A DNA stretch of 64,000 bases, taken from Thraustochytrium aureum. Its lineage: Eukaryota. The stretch covers positions 1-64,000 of the forward strand of contig BLSG01000454.1 in NCBI GenBank assembly GCA_012862495.1, read 5' to 3'. Position numbers and translations under genes: made by a program. Below are positions 57,401 to 64,000 of the stretch, piece after piece (within the stretch, counting starts at the first letter, position 1; each line of letters starts with the position of its first letter). The notes below the pieces were generated by a model. The model did not search any database. It was given only the letters and a program-made list of their open reading frames with translations, and was not told the origin of the DNA.

Positions 57401-58393
57401 NNNNNNNNNNNNNNNNNNNNNNNNNNNNNNNNNNNNNNNNNNNNNNNNNNNNNNNNNNNNNNNNNNNNNNNNNNNNNNNNNNNNNNNNNNNNNNNNNNNN
57501 NNNNNNNNNNNNNNNNNNNNNNNNNNNNNNNNNNNNNNNNNNNNNNNNNNNNNNNNNNNNNNNNNNNNNNNNNNNNNNNNNNNNNNNNNNNNNNNNNNNN
57601 NNNNNNNNNNNNNNNNNNNNNNNNNNNNNNNNNNNNNNNNNNNNNNNNNNNNNNNNNNNNNNNNNNNNNNNNNNNNNNNNNNNNNNNNNNNNNNNNNNNN
57701 NNNNNNNNNNNNNNNNNNNNNNNNNNNNNNNNNNNNNNNNNNNNNNNNNNNNNNNNNCGCAGAAATCATGTTGATTGGCGCAGAGGGCTTGTGCTGCACG
57801 GTTCGAATATGGCCGAGGCTATCGGAGGCGTGCCAGAGCCGGAGGCTGCCGTCTTCTGAGCACGTCGCGTAAGTGCCCAGCGCAGGGATGTAGCGCACAC
57901 GGATGATGCGCTTCGTGTGGTGGTGCTTGATGCTCTCCTCCGTCTCGTCGACCGGTTCGTCGATGTACTCGCAGCGCGGCTCGGCTTGCTTCATGAGCTC
58001 AGTTCCTCGGTTTTCCAACAGCATGTATTCTGTAAACTCCCCCCAGTCCACGGACCCGTCCGAGTTGGCGTCGATCTTCATGAACAGGTTGATCAGCTGC
58101 CGCTGGTTCATTCCGTTTCCGAGCACGTGGCCGAAAGCGCTCACGAACTCGTCGAGGTCGAGTCCCCCGCCGCCGTCCTCGTCTGCGAGCTCGAATGCCA
58201 TGCGGAGCTCGTGCAGTTTGTCAAGCGAAATCATCTCTGAGCTCCCGTTGTTTCGCGCCTGGTCCAGAAAGTCGCTCGCCTTTGCCTTGGCAGGCGCCGG
58301 TTGCTCGCCGTCGCCCTCTGCTTTCCCGGCAACACCGACCTTGTCTTGTGCCTCAGCGACGGCGACCGCAGCGTTCGAGCTGCTGTCCTCCAT
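54417..58393 (-). CDS. EF-hand + WD40 repeat protein (WDR49/EFCAB8/WDR64-like), internal gap
   Basis: EF hands DEDGGGGLDLDEF and LFMKIDANSDGSVDWGEF; many WD repeats (e.g. [30 protein letters not shown]). Joins ORFs 57086..58546 and 54417..57338 across the gap. Confidence 0.88.
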
Positions 58394-60049
58394 GGCGCCT
58401 CTGCCCCGCCCGCTCAGGGGCCGCACCGGCCGACCAGGAGAGCCTTTTGCGTCGCGCCAGTGAGCCTGCCTTTCGCCGTGCGGCACAACAGACCACCGTG
58501 GGCAATTCGGGCAGCCCGTTCCGTTCTGCAGGCTCGAACGCAGCAAGCGTGCTGTTGGGCTGCGGGGTGTTTGGGTCGGTCGTCCTGCGCAGCTCGTGCG
58601 TGCTGGCTTGCCGCCCGGACGATTCGTTGGGCGCTTGCCGCTCGCGCCCGCCGATCTGGACCTCCATCACAGGTCCAACTTTCCGCGCCACAGAATCGTT
58701 TCGGGCGCCCAACGCGCTCAAGCATGCGGCGCGGAGGCCCGCGAGACCACTCGTTGCGCAGGATCGTTTCGCCTTGAGGCGCGGCGCGGAATGGGCGAAA
58801 CCATCGCGAGACCCCGCTCTTGATTGAAACCCCTGCCCGCTGCTGTTCACGAAACTGAACGGACAATTGCCGAGGAGAGCTCGAGGCTTGCTGCGAGCGG
58901 CACGACAGCTCCGTGGCCATCAAGGCACACGCCGCTGGGCCGCCCACAACAGCCGCCCCGATCAACGGCCTGACGCCCTGCGAGGCGGCGCGTCGCTGCT
59001 GCGAGGCCCATGGCCATTGTACGGGTTTGCAAGCGCTGCCGCTCAAGCCCAGGCGAAGCCGCGCGCAGAAGCCTTGCGCACTGCAGGCGACTGGCCGGCG
59101 CAGGCCGCCGCGAGTACCGGTAAGACGAGGACGTCGCCTGGTGAGCGGCCACCGGCACGAGCGGGGCGGGCCAGGACACAATCGACGAAACAAACACAAA
59201 ANNNNNNNNNNNNNNNNNNNNNNNNNNNNNNNNNNNNNNNNNNNNNNNNNNNNNNNNNNNNNNNNNNNNNNNNNNNNNNNNNNNNNNNNNNNNNNNNNNN
59301 NNNNNNNNNNNNNNNNNNNNNNNNNNNNNNNNNNNNNNNNNNNNNNNNNNNNNNNNNNNNNNNNNNNNNNNNNNNNNNNNCGCTGGCGAGGGCGAACTGG
59401 GCGCTCCGCCTCGGTTAGGGTGGAGCGCGTAGGTCGGCGAACCTAGGGTTGCTCAAGAGCAAGCGAGGAGACGCGAGAGTCCCTTGAGGGCGGCAGACCC
59501 CGAACGGCCAAGGCCGCGCTGGCACTGCTGCTGTATCGCTGCCGCACCGCTGCTGCGCCGCTGCTGCGCCGCTGCTGGTACTGGCCCTGCTGGCGCTGCT
59601 CTTGTCGGGGTGTCGCCTGGTACGAGCGCGGTGTTTGGAGTTGTGGTTGTCGTTGTTGTTGTTGTTCTCGTCGTCGTCGGCGGCGTTGTTGTCGTCGTAC
59701 TCGCCGGCGTTGTTGCTGTCGGCCGAGCTGCCGCACTCGCGGGCGGCGACGGCCTGGGGCGGCTACGGACGCGCTCGAAACGGGTTTGCGAGGGCGGCGC
59801 GGCGGCGGCGGCGGCTGGGGTTCCCGGTCGTGGAAGGCGTCGCTGGACCGGACTGGACCTGGACTCGTCGCGCTGGGACGGACGCGTCGGGGCTGGCTTG
59901 CGCCTGGCGCGAGGACAAGGCGGTGAGCCCGAGCGTTCTGGCTTGCGGGCGCAGAACGCTGCGGCCCTCGGCGGGGAGGACTCGCCTCCACACCACGGGG
60001 GGGCACTACCAGCGCGCCCGAGTCAGGGCCTGACTCGGACGCGCCCACG

Positions 60050-61660
60050 ATGAGGGCCGAGGTCGGGAGCGACACTGACAGCAGCGCTGGCACAGGTCCG
60101 CGCTCTGTACCCCAGAGCGGGCCTGGTAACGGCATCAGGGCAAACAGGTCCAGGAGCCACTCACGAGAGCTAGAGGTGGCCGTCAAAATTGATCAAGCGG
60201 ACAGCGATGTTGCGGAAAGCGACGAAACGCAAACGGAGGACGAAGAAGACGTCCGAATCGTCGAAGCAGCAGAGCTTGCCAGAATGCCGGTTAATCTGGC
60301 CGGTCAGAGGCCGTCACGCATCGCCGAGCCGGAGCGCGCCAAGGTCGATTCGGATGAGGACCCTGGCGCTTTGAGGAAGGTGGTCAAACTGGAGGACACG
60401 GCCCATTCCTTGTCGGGAAGCACCGAAGATGAAGGCAGCACGCCCTTGGATGGTGCGAAAATAGCACGACTTGTGCCAACGTTTCTACCTCTGTAGCAGC
60501 GATGGGACGAGCATATTGCAAGGAGGAGAAGGTGAGGGGGCGGGAAGAGGAGGAGGAGGAGGACGAGGACGAGGAGGAGGAGGAGGACTCGCGCTCGGCA
60601 GGGAGCTGTGAGACGAGCGCCGTTGAGCTCGAGGCCCTTGCCAGCAGCGGTGAGGATTTTGCAGCCGTGGCACGGAGACGAATCTTGGGCCTTCCAGTTG
60701 GCGTGAAGAGTGCCGTTCTCGTTCAAGCGATTGCGCGAAACCCGATTGCAGTGATCGAGTTCCTTAAGGCGAACACGGGCTGCACAGACGACATGTTGGG
60801 CAAGCTGTGCGATGGCGTGGCGAGCGTGGCGTTTGACGTTGTCCAAGTTGCACTCGAGCTCAGGAAAAAGCAGTCGGGCGAGTTGTGGGAAGGCGGTGCG
60901 CGCGCAGCGCAATGTGTACTAGAGGAAGCTTGCGCGGAAGATCGCGGGCCAGCCGGTGCGCAGTTGGCGCACGCTGGAGGGGCTCGTTCGTCTTTGCCGA
61001 GTAGCGCAGGCCGAGCTGGGGCGCATGCTGAGAGCGAGACGATCTTGTCGGGCTCGCCGTCCGTGGCCCGGGACAGGGGCCTCGGTGGGCCTTCAACGAC
61101 CTCGGCACTCGCAGCGAAACAGGAATTGCCATTAGGAGCGGGCCCGCACGGGGCGAACGGAGTCGCTGCCGCCAGGCCGGGCGACAAGCGCAAGCGCCAA
61201 GGCTCGGGCGGCGTGCATGGATCGCCAAAGAGGAGGNNNNNNNNNNNNNNNNNNNNNNNNNNNNNNNNNNNNNNNNNNNNNNNNNNNNNNNNNNNNNNNN
61301 NNNNNNNNNNNNNNNNNNNNNNNNNNNNNNNNNNNNNNNNNNNNNNNNNNNNNNNNNNNNNNNNNNNNNNNNNNNNNNNNNNNNNNNNNNNNNNNNNNNG
61401 ACAAGAGCAATATCCGTCTCGCCATCGTCAAGTGCCGGGGACGGGCTTCGTCAGACAACCCTGCTGGCGTTCAGGACGTTGAGCGATGGATCGACCAATG
61501 AATCGACCAATCCTGCGCAAAAGAGAAGCCAGACCCCCGAGGCCTTGGTGGAATGTGCGCGCAAGAGTGGAAAAGCAGAATGAAGGTCAAGCTAGAAAAT
61601 ATGCAGAGCGCTTCTCCGGTGGACCGCGGTCATGAGAAGGTCGTCGACTTGACTTCGTAG
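60050..61660 (+). CDS. Hypothetical acidic low-complexity protein (fragmented, boundaries uncertain)
   Basis: Consecutive acidic ORFs 60050..60496 and 60502 onward with poly-Glu and KRKR motifs; no recognisable domain; gene structure unresolved. Confidence 0.3.
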
Positions 61661-61798
61661 CCACGTAGGAGAGCCAGGAGGTTCCATCCAACGATTGTCT
61701 TTCCCTTGCGTAGTTGCTTGCTGATCAAGTTTTGCACTATTGTTTGTAGATTTTGCCGGCGCTGCAGCCGCGTTGGCTCCTCGCCGTTGCCCGCCGCG

Positions 61799-62578
61799 CT
61801 ACAGCAATGGAAGCAGGTTGCTGACAGGGTCCCGCTTGCTGCGAATCATGGACTTTACGAGTTCTGGCGAAGCTGCCAGGTCGGCGTCGAGGCGACTGAG
61901 CTGGCCGAGCACGTTGTCGAGGCGCTCCATCTGGCCGTCCAGCTGGCGGTGGTGCAGCGGCGAGAGCTCTGCCTCTGGGAAGTGCACGATGCGCGTCGCG
62001 CAGTCGATGCAGACGTCTAGCTCTCCATCGCTGACCATCTCCATGAGCAGCAGCTCGGCCTCGCGCGCAGGGTCGGCGCCGCCTTGAATCCCAACCCGCT
62101 CTGCGAGCACTGCAAGCGGGAGTGTGGCGAAGGCCTTTCGCAGCGCCAGCACCCTGCAGCGCATTTGGGCGCGCACGGTCTGCTTGACCAGGCCAAAGGT
62201 CGAGTCGCGCTGAAACTCGGCTTTGTGCGCGTCTATCGCGGCCACGAGCTCGGCAGGTCCCTTTGCAAAGGCCTCTGCGAGGGCTTCGTAGGCGGCGAGG
62301 CCGGGAATGCTGTTGTGGCGCGCCAGGTTGGACGTGACAGCGGAGGCGGTGTACTTTGGGAGACGCGGGCGTTCGCCATGGCGGATCAAGTTGACCAGCA
62401 AGAGCTGCTGGTAGGCGCAGACGATGATCTTGCTGAGCGTGCTCGTCGGGAGCGAGATGCAGATGCGGTACAGCTCGATCGCGCGGTCGAACCGCTTGAG
62501 CGTCGCGTAGATGCGCCCTCCGTAGTAAAAGTAGCGCATCACGTCGACTGCGGTGGTCCCCTTGGCGCCCGACGTGTG
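61799..62578 (-). CDS. CSN3: COP9 signalosome subunit 3 (PCI domain), 5' part in gap
   Basis: RYFYYGGRIY..KRFDRA..ISLP..SKIIVCAYQQLLLVNLIRHG..LPKYT and FQRDSTFGLVKQ..LRKAFATLPL..EAELLLMEMVSDGEL. Confidence 0.85.
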   Translation of the reverse strand, partial: HTSGAKGTTAVDVMRYFYYGGRIYATLKRFDRAIELYRICISLPTSTLSKIIVCAYQQLLLVNLIRHGERPRLPKYTASAVTSNLARHNSIPGLAAYEALAEAFAKGPAELVAAIDAHKAEFQRDSTFGLVKQTVRAQMRCRVLALRKAFATLPLAVLAERVGIQGGADPAREAELLLMEMVSDGELDVCIDCATRIVHFPEAELSPLHHRQLDGQMERLDNVLGQLSRLDADLAASPELVKSMIRSKRDPVSNLLPLL

Positions 62579-64000
62579 NNNNNNNNNNNNNNNNNNNNNN
62601 NNNNNNNNNNNNNNNNNNNNNNNNNNNNNNNNNNNNNNNNNNNNNNNNNNNNNNNNNNNNNNNNNNNNNNNNNNNNNNNNNNNNNNNNNNNNNNNNNNNN
62701 NNNNNNNNNNNNNNNNNNNNNNNNNNNNNNNNNNNNNNNNNNNNNNNNNNNNNNNNNNNNNNNNNNNNNNNNNNNNNNNNNNNNNNNNNNNNNNNNNNNN
62801 NNNNNNNNNNNNNNNNNNNNNNNNNNNNNNNNNNNNNNNNNNNNNNNNNNNNNNNNNNNNNNNNNNNNNNNNNNNNNNNNNNNNNNNNNNNNNNNNNNNN
62901 NNNNNNNNNNNNNNNNNNNNNNNNNNNNNNNNNNNNNNNNNNNNNNNNNNNNNNNNNNNNNNNNNNNNNNNNNNNNNNNNNNNNNNNNNNNNNNNNNNNN
63001 NNNNNNNNNNNNNNNNNNNNNNNNNNNNNNNNNNNNNNNNNNNNNNNNNNNNNNNNNNNNNNNNNNNNNNNNNNNNNNNNNNNNNNNNNNNNNNNNNNNN
63101 NNNNNNNNNNNNNNNNNNNNNNNNNNNNNNNNNNNNNNNNNNNNNNNNNNNNNNNNNNNNNNNNNNNNNNNNNNNNNNNNNNNNNNNNNNNNNNNNNNNN
63201 NNNNNNNNNNNNNNNNNNNNNNNNNNNNNNNNNNNNNNNNNNNNNNNNNNNNNNNNNNNNNNNNNNNNNNNNNNNNNNNNNNNNNNNNNNNNNNNNNNNN
63301 NNNNNNNNNNNNNNNNNNNNNNNNNNNNNNNNNNNNNNNNNNNNNNNNNNNNNNNNNNNNNNNNNNNNNNNNNNNNNNNNNNNNNCTGCCTTCGAGTCGG
63401 GCCGGCCTGGCCAGCCTGGGGCGGAAGCGGTTCGGACTGTGGCACCGGGCACAGCTTCGAGCTGGCGGCTTGGCTGGCCTGCCTCGGGCCGGCCTGGGGT
63501 CGGCTTCGTTGCGCGATTTAGTTGTGGCAACCAACCACTGGCAGTCCTTGGTTTGATGCTGCGGCGGCACCTCGCACGTTCACCGTCAACCTACGCTGTA
63601 AATTTTACATCAGAAACTAATACACGAACCTACGAGCCGAGAAACGTTCTTCGCAGACCTGCCCCCCTGGCAGCGCTTCCACACTGACGTGCGGAGAGAA
63701 GCAATGCAGTCGGAGCCTTGAGGTTCCCCACGGAGAATCCTCACTGACAGCATTTGGTGCGAATACTATCGTAACAGTTGTGTCTGGAAGCAGCTGTGTG
63801 GAAGCAATAGAGTATCCCCAGGGCCTTGGTGCGGCCTTTCGGTGCGGGGGTCGCCCCTGCGACCACCCTGCAACGGATTTCTTTACGTTGCGCTGCGCGT
63901 TGCGTGGACGAGCGAGCAAGCGCACCTCCAGCGCCGTCGCACTGTCTGCCCCTGGCCTGCCCGAGGATCACTAACTTGGGCCGACCGCGGAGGTAGCGGC

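Overview
Eukaryotic, GC-rich, gene-dense and almost intron-free draft sequence. It has many N gaps, and the frameshifts I could trace sit in homopolymer runs (most likely base-calling errors). A PSTALRE-type CDK and the gene architecture suggest a stramenopile, plausibly a labyrinthulomycete/thraustochytrid; this is inference. Conserved genes: two PP2C phosphatases, a PPR protein, a cytochrome b5-fused acyl-CoA dehydrogenase and a kappa-class GST (both ending in PTS1-like tripeptides), a CDKA2-like kinase, a GT10 fucosyltransferase, spliced SPRYD7, a PKG-like cNMP kinase, a 6TM dual TKL kinase, a cystatin, DUF445, DnaJ, an EF-hand/WD40 protein and CSN3. The two most unusual items are (1) a Reeler-domain surface protein carrying an internal signal peptide that would expose a His1 histidine-brace (LPMO-like) domain, i.e. 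a candidate cellular polyprotein, and (2) a tandem array of four genes plus a relic encoding atypically spaced RING fingers fused to an unrecognised ~6TM domain. The window also starts with a secreted FG-GAP-like propeller gene that the ORF track missed, next to an inverted pseudogene fragment of the same family. No rRNA, tRNA, CRISPR array or intact transposase was seen.
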